From positions 4,320,001 through 4,384,000 of the forward strand of contig CBDDPY010000002.1 in the NCBI GenBank assembly GCA_965232515.1: a stretch of 64,000 nucleotides of DNA, in the 5' to 3' direction. A program made the position numbers and the translations under genes. This DNA is from Alphaproteobacteria bacterium (GTDB lineage Bacteria; Pseudomonadota; Alphaproteobacteria; GCA-2731375). Numbering within the stretch: the first letter of the stretch is position 1; each line of letters opens with the position of its first letter. Below the pieces are notes generated by a model that worked only from the letters and a program-made list of their open reading frames with translations, was not told the origin of the DNA and searched no databases. Below are positions 8,491 through 17,824 of this stretch, one piece after another.

Positions 8491-9665
8491 GAGACCTTTG
8501 CACGGTAGGTGTTGTTTGTCGCTATGTTCGAGCTTGGCGCTGGGTTGTTAGCGGCGATCGCGCCTGTTTTCGAGCCGCTGACCGGCTTGAGGCCTGTTTG
8601 CTGTCGATGAGGTCGATATCGAGCGGCCTCAAGTTGCGCAGAGGACGGCGAGGCGTCGCAGGTTGTAGGCGAAACAGGCGAGCGTGACGGTGACTTCGTT
8701 GCGTGCTTGGCTGAAATGCGGCAGGCGGCTGAGGCGGTAGCTTCGTTTGAGGGTGCCGAAGATCTTCTCGACCGGTCGGCGCCGGGCCACCAGCCGGTGG
8801 TTCCGGGCGGTCTCTTCGGCGTTGAGCGGCCTGCCTTTACGGGCATGGCGCATGACCCCGTCGGCGATGCCGAGCGCCGCCAGATGATCGCGCAGGCGCC
8901 GGGCGTCATAACCACGGTCGGCATAGACGGCCTGCTCGTCGCCCTGAACCAAATCGGCGGCAAAGTCGATCTCCTGGCGATTGGCCGGCGTCAGAAACAG
9001 GCCGCGGATCAGCGCCGAGCCCTGATCCACGGCCACATGCAGCTTGTAGCCAAAGCTATAGCGCCGGCGCTCGTTGTTGGTGCCAAAGCGCGCATCCGGA
9101 TCGGTCCGGCTGGTCCGGCCTTCCTTGATCCGAGGCCGCCGCGCCGCGCTGCTCACCAGGCTGGCATCAATCAACGTGCCTTGTTTGAGCACGACCTGGT
9201 GCGCTTCGAGCTGACGCGACAACTCCCCCATCAGCGCCTCAAGACGCGCCGCCCCGCGTAGACGGTCCCGGAAACGGTGGATCGTCGAGTGATCGGGAAC
9301 CGGATCGCTCAGGCTCAGACCGACAAACCGACGGAACGAGATCCGGTCCGCCAACGCCTCCTCCATCATCGGATCCGACAGATTGTACCAGCGCTGCAAC
9401 AGCAGCACCTTGAACATGATCAGCGCCGGATAAGACGGCTCGCCCCGACGCGACGGATAAAGCCCCTCCAGCAGCGCCTCAAACGGCCGCCAGTCCACAA
9501 GATCATTGATCTTCGACAGCCGATCGAACCGAGCGCCAAGCCGCGCCTCGACAACCGCGTCCTCAAACCCCAGCTGACCAACACGCTTGCGAGACATCTC
9601 AAACCCTCACCGACAGCCCCTATACCGTCAGTGAATCACGCTTCCCAAAACCGTGCAAAGGTCTC
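8491..9665 (-). mobile_element. IS5-family insertion sequence, about 1.18 kb
   Basis: Terminal inverted repeats GAGACCTTTGCACGGT (8491-8506) and ACCGTGCAAAGGTCTC (9650-9665) around a single transposase gene. Confidence 0.93.
8629..9597 (-). CDS. IS5-family DDE transposase
   Basis: LLLQRWYNLSD, VPDHSTI..FR, TLIDAS, FGYKLH, YADRGY, RRPVEKIFGTLKR. Confidence 0.95.
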   Translation of the reverse strand: MSRKRVGQLGFEDAVVEARLGARFDRLSKINDLVDWRPFEALLEGLYPSRRGEPSYPALIMFKVLLLQRWYNLSDPMMEEALADRISFRRFVGLSLSDPVPDHSTIHRFRDRLRGAARLEALMGELSRQLEAHQVVLKQGTLIDASLVSSAARRPRIKEGRTSRTDPDARFGTNNERRRYSFGYKLHVAVDQGSALIRGLFLTPANRQEIDFAADLVQGDEQAVYADRGYDARRLRDHLAALGIADGVMRHARKGRPLNAEETARNHRLVARRRPVEKIFGTLKRSYRLSRLPHFSQARNEVTVTLACFAYNLRRLAVLCAT

Positions 9666-9705
9666 CATCCTGAGGAACGCCCGTCAGGGCGTGTCTCGAA
9701 GGATG
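9666..9705. repeat. REP-like element, right flank of the IS
   Basis: catcctgaggaacgcccgtcagggcgtgtctcgaaggatg, similar to the reverse complement of 8416-8457. Confidence 0.8.
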
Positions 9706-9737
9706 TTTCGGCCGCTTCGTCTGCTTTCAGCAGCCTG

Positions 9738-10370
9738 TCAGGCCAACCCCAGCGCCGGGGCCGGGTCGGTTTCGCGCCAGCAGGGTAGCGATTCGACGCG
9801 GTCCATCCAGCGCCGCAGGTTCGGGTAATCCTCGAGCGGCAGTTTCTGGTGGCTGTGCAGGTGCATGGGCGCGGCGACCGCAATGTCGGCCAACGTGACC
9901 TGCGGCCCGCAGAGCCAGTCCTGACCGCTGAGCCGCGCCTCCAGCATGCCCGCCAGCTGATGGAAGGTGGGCGCGTGCGCTTCCAGCACGGCCGGGTCCG
10001 CCTCGGAACCGGTCAGCGGCTTGACGACGTTTTCGACCAGATAAACGTAGCAGGCGTTGAACCACTTGCCGGCCTCCCAAAGCAGCCAGCGCTGGATGTC
10101 GGCCCGCACCTTGGGATCGGTCGGGTAGACGGCGGTGTTGCCGTCCTTCTCGGCCGCGTAGACCAGGATCGCGTTCGATTCCCAGAGCTGCATGTCGCCG
10201 TCGACCAGGGCCGGCAGTTCGCCGTTGGGGTTGATCGCCAGATAATCGTCCTGCTTATGGCCGCCGGCGAAGTAGTCGACCTTGGCTTCCTCGAAGTCGG
10301 TGCCCATCAGCTTGAAGCCGGCGACGACCTTGCGGCAGTTCACGGTGACCGGATCGTAATAGAGTTTCAT
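9738..10370 (-). CDS. Glutathione S-transferase family protein
   Basis: INPNGELPALVDGD, WESNAIL, TLADIA; GGAGG RBS before ATG 10370. Confidence 0.93.
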   Translation of the reverse strand: MKLYYDPVTVNCRKVVAGFKLMGTDFEEAKVDYFAGGHKQDDYLAINPNGELPALVDGDMQLWESNAILVYAAEKDGNTAVYPTDPKVRADIQRWLLWEAGKWFNACYVYLVENVVKPLTGSEADPAVLEAHAPTFHQLAGMLEARLSGQDWLCGPQVTLADIAVAAPMHLHSHQKLPLEDYPNLRRWMDRVESLPCWRETDPAPALGLA

Positions 10371-10651
10371 GTCCCCTCCCCATCGAAGAGTTATCGTTGT
10401 CGACCCCACGGTTGAAACGCGACGCCACAGACAGGACTGAAACAGGGAACGCCCTCTTCCGGATTTGGCCCGAACGGCTGTCCGTTTGTTTTCTTCGATG
10501 ATCTGCCAGCCGGCGCCGGTCTGGCAAGCGATTTGGGATGTTTGCGCTCACGGCAAGCGGACCTGGCGGTCCGCGCCTGCGCGGGCGCGCCGGACGACCG
10601 GCGGGCCGCGGTCGCGGCCTGAAGTGGCTCCGAGCACTTGTCTTTAGCCGG

Positions 10652-12136
10652 TCAGCCGATCTTGATGCCGGGTGTCGTGATCTCTTCACCGAGGTCGACG
10701 GCCTGGGTGAGGTCGACGTCGGGGCGTTGGAAATGCTGCGGGCAGGCGGCGGCGTAGGCGGTGGCCGCGGACAGGGCCAGGTCTTCGCGCTGGCGGGGCG
10801 CGACGAGCTGCAAACCGGCAGGCAAGCCGTCCGACGTGAGGCCGCAGGGGATGGCGGCGATGGGCAGCGCCGTTATCGAGAAGGCGTAGCAGGGCAGGAA
10901 GACGTCGTAGAACCGCTCGACCGGCTGGCCGCCGACCTCGGTCGGCAGCGGCCGGTCGAGACGGAAGGCCGTCGCGGTGGCGCTGGGCGTCAGGATGAAA
11001 TCGTAGCCGGCCATGAATTCGCGCACGCGGTGCCAGTAAAGCGCGCGCAGGCGCTCGGCCCGGGTGATGGCGCGGACGTCGAAGTCGAGCGCGGCCGTGA
11101 CCTGGTTGATCAGCGGCGGCGTCATCACGTCGCGGTGCTTGTCGAACCGGTCGGCGTAGCGGGCGACCATGCCGAAGGCGCGGGTGCCGGCGACGATGTC
11201 CTGGAGGTCCGAGGTGTCGAAAAACGCATCTTCGACGACGGCGCCGAGGTCTTCGAAGGCCTTGGCCGCGGCGTCGGCGAGCGCGCCCACTTGCGCGTCG
11301 AGCGGCACCAAGCCACCGAGATCGCGGGCATAGGCGATCCGCTTGCCGCTGAGGTCGGCCGGCGTCGCGGCGGCGGCCGTGTAGTCCGGCACGGGGCCGG
11401 GCAGGGTGCTGGGATCGCGGTCGTCGGGGCCGGCCATGACCGACAGCATCAGGCCGAGATCGCCGATGTCGGCCGCCATCGGTCCCTGCACGTGCTGGAC
11501 CAGCGTGTCCCAGGCGAAGTCCGTAGGCCAGAACGGCACCCGCCCCGGCGCCGGGCGCAGGCCGGCGATGCCGTTCAGCGCCGACGGGATGCGGATCGAG
11601 CCGCCGAGATCGGTGCCGATGCCGAGCGGCGCCATGGCGGCCGCGACCGCGGCCCCGGTGCCGCCGCTGGAGCCGCCCGCCGTGCGGCGCAGGTCCCAGG
11701 GATTGCGCGTGGCGCCGAACAGCTTGTTCGACGTGTTCACGTCGTGGGCGAATTCCGGCGTGTTCGTCTTGCCCAGCAGGACGCCGCCAGCGGCACGCAG
11801 ACGCTCGACCGAAACGGCGTCGTCGGCCGGCACGTCGTCGGCGCAGATCAGCGAGCCGAAGGTGGTGCGGAGATCTTTCGTGTGGATGATGTCCTTGACC
11901 ACGAAGGGCACGCCGTCCAACGGCCGGGCCGGTTCGCCGGCGGCGAGACGGGCATCGACGGCGGCCGCGTCGGCGGCGGCGCGCGGGTTCAGCGTGCAGA
12001 CGGCGTTGACGGCGCCGTTCACGGCGTCGATGCGGGCGAGGAAGGCGGCCGTGACCTCGGCCGCGCTCAGCCGTCGGTCGGCGACGGCGGCGGCGATCTC
12101 GCGGGCCGACCGCCGGGTGATGTCGTCGCCGGTCAT
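10652..12136 (-). CDS. Amidase (amidase-signature family)
   Basis: PLDGVPFVVKD, GKTNTPEF, GGSSGG, GTDLGGSIRIPS. Confidence 0.95.
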   Translation of the reverse strand: MTGDDITRRSAREIAAAVADRRLSAAEVTAAFLARIDAVNGAVNAVCTLNPRAAADAAAVDARLAAGEPARPLDGVPFVVKDIIHTKDLRTTFGSLICADDVPADDAVSVERLRAAGGVLLGKTNTPEFAHDVNTSNKLFGATRNPWDLRRTAGGSSGGTGAAVAAAMAPLGIGTDLGGSIRIPSALNGIAGLRPAPGRVPFWPTDFAWDTLVQHVQGPMAADIGDLGLMLSVMAGPDDRDPSTLPGPVPDYTAAAATPADLSGKRIAYARDLGGLVPLDAQVGALADAAAKAFEDLGAVVEDAFFDTSDLQDIVAGTRAFGMVARYADRFDKHRDVMTPPLINQVTAALDFDVRAITRAERLRALYWHRVREFMAGYDFILTPSATATAFRLDRPLPTEVGGQPVERFYDVFLPCYAFSITALPIAAIPCGLTSDGLPAGLQLVAPRQREDLALSAATAYAAACPQHFQRPDVDLTQAVDLGEEITTPGIKIG

Positions 12137-12579
12137 GCGTCCGACGCCGGCGGCTTGAAGCTGGTGGCGTCCATGAAGATCACCCGGCGGGCGAACTTCC
12201 AGGCGCCGGCAACCTGCACGATGGTGTCCTCGTAGACACCGACATCGGCAAGCTGCGGCGGCTCGCCCGGCTCGCCGTTATAGCCGTGCAGATAGCAGCG
12301 GCCGCGCACGCTGCCGTCGGGCTGTCTCTCCAGATGCAGGCTGCCGTTCCAGTGCCGGCGGTAGCGCCCGCCGCGGCCGGCCGCGTCCTTTTCCTTGAAG
12401 GCGCGCAGATCGTCATGGCCGCGAACGGCCATGCCAAGCGCCGGGATCTCAACCGAGCCCTCGGGCGTGAAGCAGCCGGCATAGCCCTCAGCGTCGCCGG
12501 CATCGCTCATCAGGTTGTAGTAGGCGTAGAGATTCTGGATCTCGACATAGGCTTCCGCCGACAGACCGCTCGCCGCCAT
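12133..12579 (-). CDS. SnoaL/NTF2-like protein
   Basis: EIQNLYAYY..SD.GD..YAGCFTPEG, RRHWNG, GVYEDTIV...GAWKFARR; stop overlaps the amidase start. Confidence 0.85.
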   Translation of the reverse strand: MAASGLSAEAYVEIQNLYAYYNLMSDAGDAEGYAGCFTPEGSVEIPALGMAVRGHDDLRAFKEKDAAGRGGRYRRHWNGSLHLERQPDGSVRGRCYLHGYNGEPGEPPQLADVGVYEDTIVQVAGAWKFARRVIFMDATSFKPPASDA

Positions 12580-12672
12580 GACGTGCCTCCCGTTCGCGCG
12601 TGCGTTACGGGAATGATAGCAGAGGAATCGGTCTTGGCGACGCGCCGTCGCCGTGGCCGGAAAGAACGAACG

Positions 12673-13425
12673 TCAGGCGCGGCGACGGGCGATGGCGAAG
12701 CCGGCGAGCGCGACCAGGAACAGCGGCAGGGCGGCCGGCGCCGGCACGTCGATGATGACAGGGCCTTCCTCGGCCGAGGCCTGACCTTCGGCGTCGGCCA
12801 GCAGGTTGACGACCTCCGATTCCTCGGGCGCGACGGTGATCGAGAACTGGAACGTGTCGGTCACGCTGTCGTTCGGCAGGCCTTGATCCGGGTTCGCCTG
12901 CAACGCCTGCTCGAACAGAATGCCCAGGAGCTCGGTCTCGATGGCCACGATGGCGAACGCGTTGGCGGTCTCGCTCGCCAGATTGTCGACATCGGCCTGG
13001 GCGGAGAGCGTGAATTCCAGCAGGAAATCGATCTGGAACGTCTCGTCGAGGGAGAGGTTTTCGATCTCGACTTCCGAGTCGGTCAGGAAAAACGACATGG
13101 CGTCGCCGACGGGATCGGCGCTGCCGTTCGCCATGGCCAAGAGATCGATGCTGTCGTTGACGCCGAGCACGGTCGAGCCGCTGGGGCTGGCGCTGCCGTC
13201 GGTCGAGGCGGTGGCGTTGCCGCTCATCATGCTGTCTTCGTCGGCGATCTCGGCGCTGCCCTCGATGCTGAGGTTGGCGAGATCGCCGCCGGTGATCGAC
13301 TGGATGGTCAGGACCGCGCTGGCCGTCGCGGCGTAAATCGCCGTCGCCTGCGCCGGCGCGCCGCTGAACGCCAGCAATAACAGCAGGCCCAGGCCTGCCG
13401 CACACCGCTTGCCGATCAAACGCAT
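12673..13425 (-). CDS. Secreted acidic protein with PEP-CTERM/VPLPA-CTERM-type sorting tail
   Basis: Signal peptide; S/T/D/E/A-rich body; C-terminal VPAPAALPLFLVALAGFAIARRRA. Confidence 0.85.
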   Translation of the reverse strand: MRLIGKRCAAGLGLLLLLAFSGAPAQATAIYAATASAVLTIQSITGGDLANLSIEGSAEIADEDSMMSGNATASTDGSASPSGSTVLGVNDSIDLLAMANGSADPVGDAMSFFLTDSEVEIENLSLDETFQIDFLLEFTLSAQADVDNLASETANAFAIVAIETELLGILFEQALQANPDQGLPNDSVTDTFQFSITVAPEESEVVNLLADAEGQASAEEGPVIIDVPAPAALPLFLVALAGFAIARRRA

Positions 13426-13501
13426 GTTTCTGTCCTTCAACACCGCCGAAATCAGGCGACCCCAATCGAACCGCCACGCCTGACCGCTATAGGGAGGAAC
13501 G

Positions 13502-13518
13502 GTTAACAGATTATTAAC
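13502..13518. promoter_or_regulatory. Putative CtrA-binding site
   Basis: GTTAA-CAGATTA-TTAAC matches TTAA-N7-TTAAC on both strands. Confidence 0.6.
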
Positions 13519-13575
13519 CCGGTCAGCCACGGGTAGGAGTTACCATATTGTGTCGAATTGCGGAATTGAGGGAAT

Positions 13576-14481
13576 CTACCCAGTCAGCGCCGCGACGTCG
13601 GCATGGCGCATGACGTGGCGCGCGTAGCGGTAGTCGCGAATCGTCGCGATACCCCCTTCGTCCCAGTCGAGCAGCACGAAATAGACCGGGCCGGCCGAGG
13701 GCGCGTCGGGATCCGTGGCGAGCACGGCCAGGCGGCCCTCGACGAAGCCGAGGCCGAAGCGCCAATCGTGCTGGGCGGCGTAGTTGTCGAAATAGCCGCC
13801 AACCGCCGCGGCGCCGCGGCGCTGGGCCCGGCCGATGAGGTCGAGCCGCACATCGTCGGCAAGCATGGCCCGGAGCGCGTCGAAATCGCGGGCGTTGAAG
13901 CGATCGACATAGCGCGCCAGCCGTTCGATTTCGGCCGGGTCGGCACTTGCCTGGAGGTCCTCTTCGACGCCGCCCGCGAGGTCGCGCAGCCGTGCCCGGC
14001 CGCGATGCAGCGCCGCCTTGACGGCGCCGACGCTGACATCGAGCAGCTCGGAGATCTCGGCCAGCGAATAGCCCATGACGTCCTTCAGAAACACGCAGCT
14101 GCGCTGCATCGGCGCCAGCTGCAGCAGCCGCGACAGGGCCATGCCGGTGAGCTCGCGGTCGGCGAGCGGCGTGTCCGGGTCGGCCAGCGGCGGCAGGTCG
14201 TCGAGCGGCTCGGCGCGCCAACGGTCGCGCCGCCGCAGATGATCGACGGCCTTGTTGTGCGCGATGCGGAACAGCCAGGCCGACAAATTGCCGACCGGCG
14301 TCACCGTGGGCAGCACGTAATAGGCACGGGCGAGCGTGTCCTGGACGATGTCCTCGCCGTCGACGACGGATCCGGTCATCCAGGCGCAATAGCGGTGCAG
14401 TTGCGGTCGGATGTCCCGAACCAGGTCGTCGAAGGCGGCCCGCGCTTCAGCGAGCGCCGGTGGCAGCAATTCGTCGGTCAT
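13576..14481 (-). CDS. ECF sigma-70 factor with C-terminal SnoaL-like extension
   Basis: Region 2 LHRYC..MTGSVVDGEDIVQD and WLFRIAHN; region 4 SLAEISELLDVSVGAVKAALHRGR; tail YVDRFNARDFDALRAMLADDV. Confidence 0.9.
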   Translation of the reverse strand: MTDELLPPALAEARAAFDDLVRDIRPQLHRYCAWMTGSVVDGEDIVQDTLARAYYVLPTVTPVGNLSAWLFRIAHNKAVDHLRRRDRWRAEPLDDLPPLADPDTPLADRELTGMALSRLLQLAPMQRSCVFLKDVMGYSLAEISELLDVSVGAVKAALHRGRARLRDLAGGVEEDLQASADPAEIERLARYVDRFNARDFDALRAMLADDVRLDLIGRAQRRGAAAVGGYFDNYAAQHDWRFGLGFVEGRLAVLATDPDAPSAGPVYFVLLDWDEGGIATIRDYRYARHVMRHADVAALTG

Positions 14482-14509
14482 GAGCCTCGAAGCGCCACTC
14501 TATCCGGCT

Positions 14510-15259
14510 TCAATCGAGCGACTCCAGCCCGCCACCGGTGATGCCGAAGGCGAGGCCTTCCGCGTAGGTCGCATCGGTCAGCAGGTCGACCACGCCCTGG
14601 CCGAACATGGCCGGCGTCAGTTGCGTGCCGAAGCGCTCCAAGAAAGCCTCCTTGGTGATGCCCTGGCGTTCGGCATAGCCCGTGGCCGCGGCGTGGCCGA
14701 GCGCGGTTTCGCCGACGATCTGCTTCGGCAGCAAGGCCAGAAAACGGATGCCGAGATCGCGCCCGGCCGCTTCCTGCTGCAGGAAGCCGGCGAGAAACCA
14801 CTGCATGCGTTTGGCACCGGAATAGCCGCCGGACAAGGGCGAGCCACCGATGGCGGCGCCGCTGGAGACGACGATCACCGTGCTGCCCGGCGCCAGCGGC
14901 AGGCCGAGGGCCTGCTTGCCGAACTCGAGCGTGGCCCGCACATCGGTGTTCCAGACCCGGGAGAACTGCTCCCAGGACTGTTCCTGCGCCGGCGCCATGT
15001 GCGGCGTCGCGCCGGCGGACAGCACCACAATGTCGGGGCGGATCTCGCGCAGCGCCCGCTCGGCGGTCGCCGGATCGGCGACATCGCCCACGAAGGTTCG
15101 CACGCCCGCGACCTCGCGGGCGAGCGCCGCCAGCGTCTCTTCGTCGCGCGCCAGCGCCACCACCTCGGCACCCGCCTTTACGAGCGCCTCGACCGCGCCA
15201 CGTCCGAGGCCCCGACTGCCGCCGGCGACCAGCGCCGTCTTGCCTTGGATATCCGTCAT
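14510..15259 (-). CDS. Short-chain dehydrogenase/reductase
   Basis: AGGSRGLG, YSGAK. Confidence 0.9.
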   Translation of the reverse strand: MTDIQGKTALVAGGSRGLGRGAVEALVKAGAEVVALARDEETLAALAREVAGVRTFVGDVADPATAERALREIRPDIVVLSAGATPHMAPAQEQSWEQFSRVWNTDVRATLEFGKQALGLPLAPGSTVIVVSSGAAIGGSPLSGGYSGAKRMQWFLAGFLQQEAAGRDLGIRFLALLPKQIVGETALGHAAATGYAERQGITKEAFLERFGTQLTPAMFGQGVVDLLTDATYAEGLAFGITGGGLESLD

Positions 15260-15291
15260 CTCGATCCCCTTCGTCGTTGGTTCAAAGGGAT

Positions 15292-15317
15292 GACGTTCGG
15301 GCGGCGGAAAAGGATTC
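15292..15317 (-). promoter_or_regulatory. Putative ECF-type promoter GAATCC-N16-CGTC
   Basis: On the minus strand upstream of the SDR-ECF pair; CGTC is a common ECF -10 element. Confidence 0.45.
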
Positions 15318-15340
15318 GGTCCGGCGGAAACTTTTTGCGA

Positions 15341-16690
15341 TCAGGGGGCGAGGACGACGAGGTCGACCGGCGCGGCAGTGCCGGCGACGGCGGTGACGGG
15401 ACGGCATTCCGGCTCGTTGTCGGACCGGAAGCCCTGGGCGCGGGCGAGTTCGTAGGTGGTGGCGTCGGTGAGCGCGGTGACGCCCTGCACCTTGTTGGCG
15501 TCCTCGAGCTTGGCGGCCAGATTGACCGCGTCGCCGATGACGGTGAATTCGAGCCGGTCGGTATCGCCGACGGCGCCGAACAGCACCGGCCCGGCGGCGA
15601 CCGCGAAGCCGATATCCAGCGCCGTCTGACCGGCGGCGGCGCGTTCGGCGCGCCAGTCGGCCGCCGCCTGGCGCATCTCGGCGACCGCGGCGAGCGCGTC
15701 GGCGGCATAGGTCTCGGTCGGCAGGGCGGCGCCGAAAGTGGCGAGAATGCCGTCGCCCAGGAATTTGTCGACGGTGCCGCCGTGGCGCTGGATCACTGTC
15801 ACCATCCGCGACTGGTAGTCGGCCAGGAGCCGCATGAGGGCATTCGGCTCGCTGCGCATGGCGAGCGGCGTGAAGTTACGGATATCGCAGACCAGAATCG
15901 CCGCCTCGCGCATATCGCCCTCGCCCGGCTGGATCAGATGCTCGGAGCCGGTGATCTGCTCGGCGACCTCGGGCGAGAAGAAGCGCGACAGGTCGGTATG
16001 CGCGGCGCCCTCGACCACCGAGGCGACCAGCAGCTTGCGCGCGCGCACGATGGCGACGGCCAGGATCAATGTGGTCAACAGAATGGTGATGACCTTGTCG
16101 AACTCGGCCCCCAAAAGGACCTTGGACGCGGTCATGTATTCGATGTAGTTGCGGGTCACGCCCATGCCGTCTTCCGCCTCGAGCATGGCGTAGTAGACCA
16201 TGGCCAGCCAGCCGAACGCGGCGACGCCGCCGGCCAGCAGCACATAGCTGGGCGAAAAGCGCAATGCCCGCAGGGCGATGAAGATGAAGACGTAGAGCAG
16301 CGTCGGCGCCTTCAGATAGAAGGCCGCGGGCTGGGCGTATTGCAGGTGGAAGCTCCAGATCAGCCCCATCAGCAGGGTCATGTCCGCCACCACCGACAGC
16401 GACAGGAACCAGTTCTGCACGAAGCCCTGCCGCAGCAGGAAGATGCGCAGGACCGTGAAGCCGATGTAAAGCGCCAGTGCGACCGGCACCGGCGCGAAGG
16501 TCTCGTCGGCTGAGAAGGTCTTCGGCGCCACCGCGTAGAGCGCCGCCCAGGTCACGCCGACGACGAGCTGGGCCCAGCCGATCAGGCGCTCGCTCTCGAC
16601 CTGCTGGGTCTCGATGACGCGCTGCACCCGCTCCGGTAGCCGCCCCGTCTGGGGTTCGCCCGTGATGGCGATTTTCAACCTCTGCCACAT
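15341..16690 (-). CDS. Membrane-bound class III adenylate/guanylate cyclase
   Basis: N-terminal TM helices; ILVCDIRNFT, VDKFLGDGILATFG, FTVIGDAVNLAAKLE (K and T specificity residues suggest ATP). Confidence 0.93.
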   Translation of the reverse strand: MWQRLKIAITGEPQTGRLPERVQRVIETQQVESERLIGWAQLVVGVTWAALYAVAPKTFSADETFAPVPVALALYIGFTVLRIFLLRQGFVQNWFLSLSVVADMTLLMGLIWSFHLQYAQPAAFYLKAPTLLYVFIFIALRALRFSPSYVLLAGGVAAFGWLAMVYYAMLEAEDGMGVTRNYIEYMTASKVLLGAEFDKVITILLTTLILAVAIVRARKLLVASVVEGAAHTDLSRFFSPEVAEQITGSEHLIQPGEGDMREAAILVCDIRNFTPLAMRSEPNALMRLLADYQSRMVTVIQRHGGTVDKFLGDGILATFGAALPTETYAADALAAVAEMRQAAADWRAERAAAGQTALDIGFAVAAGPVLFGAVGDTDRLEFTVIGDAVNLAAKLEDANKVQGVTALTDATTYELARAQGFRSDNEPECRPVTAVAGTAAPVDLVVLAP

Positions 16691-16769
16691 GCGCCGGCCC
16701 CCTATCCCAGCTAACTAAGGTGCGCAGAAGCGGAGCGGCAAGTCACGCCCTATGACAAGGGTGTGAATG

Positions 16770-17633
16770 TCAGGTGACGGAACCTGAGATGGAAATTCCG
16801 CGTTTTTCAAGCCACAGGCTGGCGGCGCGGGCGCCCGGCTTGTGCGGCAATCCGGCCACCGCCGAGGCGGCGAGCCGGGCCGGCATGCGGGTCGTCACAT
16901 AATGGCTGGCGAACAGCGGCCGCCAGCCGCCGGCGCTCAACAGCGCGGCGACGGCGGTCTGCTCGTTATAGCCGCGCCAGGCCCAGTCGGCCGGATAATC
17001 GTCGGGCAGGAAGATGTCGTGGAACTGCACCGCAACGCCGGCCGGCAGCAGCGGCAGAATACGGGCCAGCACGTCGTCGACGTCGCTGCCGGGCATGGCG
17101 ATGTGGCTGGAATCAACCAGCAGTAGGTCGCCCGCGGCCAGATCCCGGAACGGTCCCTCGCCGGCCTCGGCCAATGTCTCGCGGCGCAGATCGATGTCGA
17201 GCCCCGCGAGCACGGCACGTGGCTGCGGGTCGATGGCGGTGATCGCCGTCGGCAGACCGCCGTCGGCGACGGCGCGGGCGGCGAAGCGGGTGGAATGGCC
17301 CGAGCCGATTTCAATGATGCGGGCCGGCCGGCGTCCGCGGACCAGGGCATAGAGCGCGGCGGCATCGAGCGGCGGAAACCAGTCCTGGTCCCAGCGCGGC
17401 GCGGGGGGCGCGGCGCCGCCGATGGCGTTCAGGTCGTCGGCGAGGCGGTCGATCTCGTCCAGCAATGCCTCGAACACCGCGATCTCGCGGTCCAGCAATG
17501 CTTCCAGCGCGGCGTAAACCGGCCGCGCGCCCGGCCCCGGCAGGCGGGCGGCATAGCGGTAGGGGATGAAAAAGCCCTGGGGTGCGACACCGAGAACCGT
17601 CGCGAGCCCCATGCGCAGACGACGAAGCTTCAT
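16770..17633 (-). CDS. Class I SAM-dependent methyltransferase
   Basis: IIEIGSGHST, LLVDSSH, VQFHDIFLP. Confidence 0.88.
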   Translation of the reverse strand: MKLRRLRMGLATVLGVAPQGFFIPYRYAARLPGPGARPVYAALEALLDREIAVFEALLDEIDRLADDLNAIGGAAPPAPRWDQDWFPPLDAAALYALVRGRRPARIIEIGSGHSTRFAARAVADGGLPTAITAIDPQPRAVLAGLDIDLRRETLAEAGEGPFRDLAAGDLLLVDSSHIAMPGSDVDDVLARILPLLPAGVAVQFHDIFLPDDYPADWAWRGYNEQTAVAALLSAGGWRPLFASHYVTTRMPARLAASAVAGLPHKPGARAASLWLEKRGISISGSVT

Positions 17634-17711
17634 GGCGCCCGAGGGTTACGCGAGCGCGGCTTGGTTGTCATGCGGGAATTTGGCGACGGTCCTGCGACGC
17701 CGGCGAGGCTG

Positions 17712-17805
17712 CCCTGGATCACCGGGTCGAGCCCAGTGATGACGGCGTGGTGCAGGTTGCATGTCTCAACCTCGTCATGGCCGGGCTTGACCCAGCCATC
17801 CAGGG
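17712..17805. repeat. Inverted REP doublet (GTCATGGCCGGGCTTGACCC-type)
   Basis: ccctggatcaccgggtcgagcccagtgatgacg ... cgtcatggccgggcttgacccagccatccaggg. Confidence 0.82.
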
Positions 17806-17824
17806 ACATCGTTGCGTACGTCGC

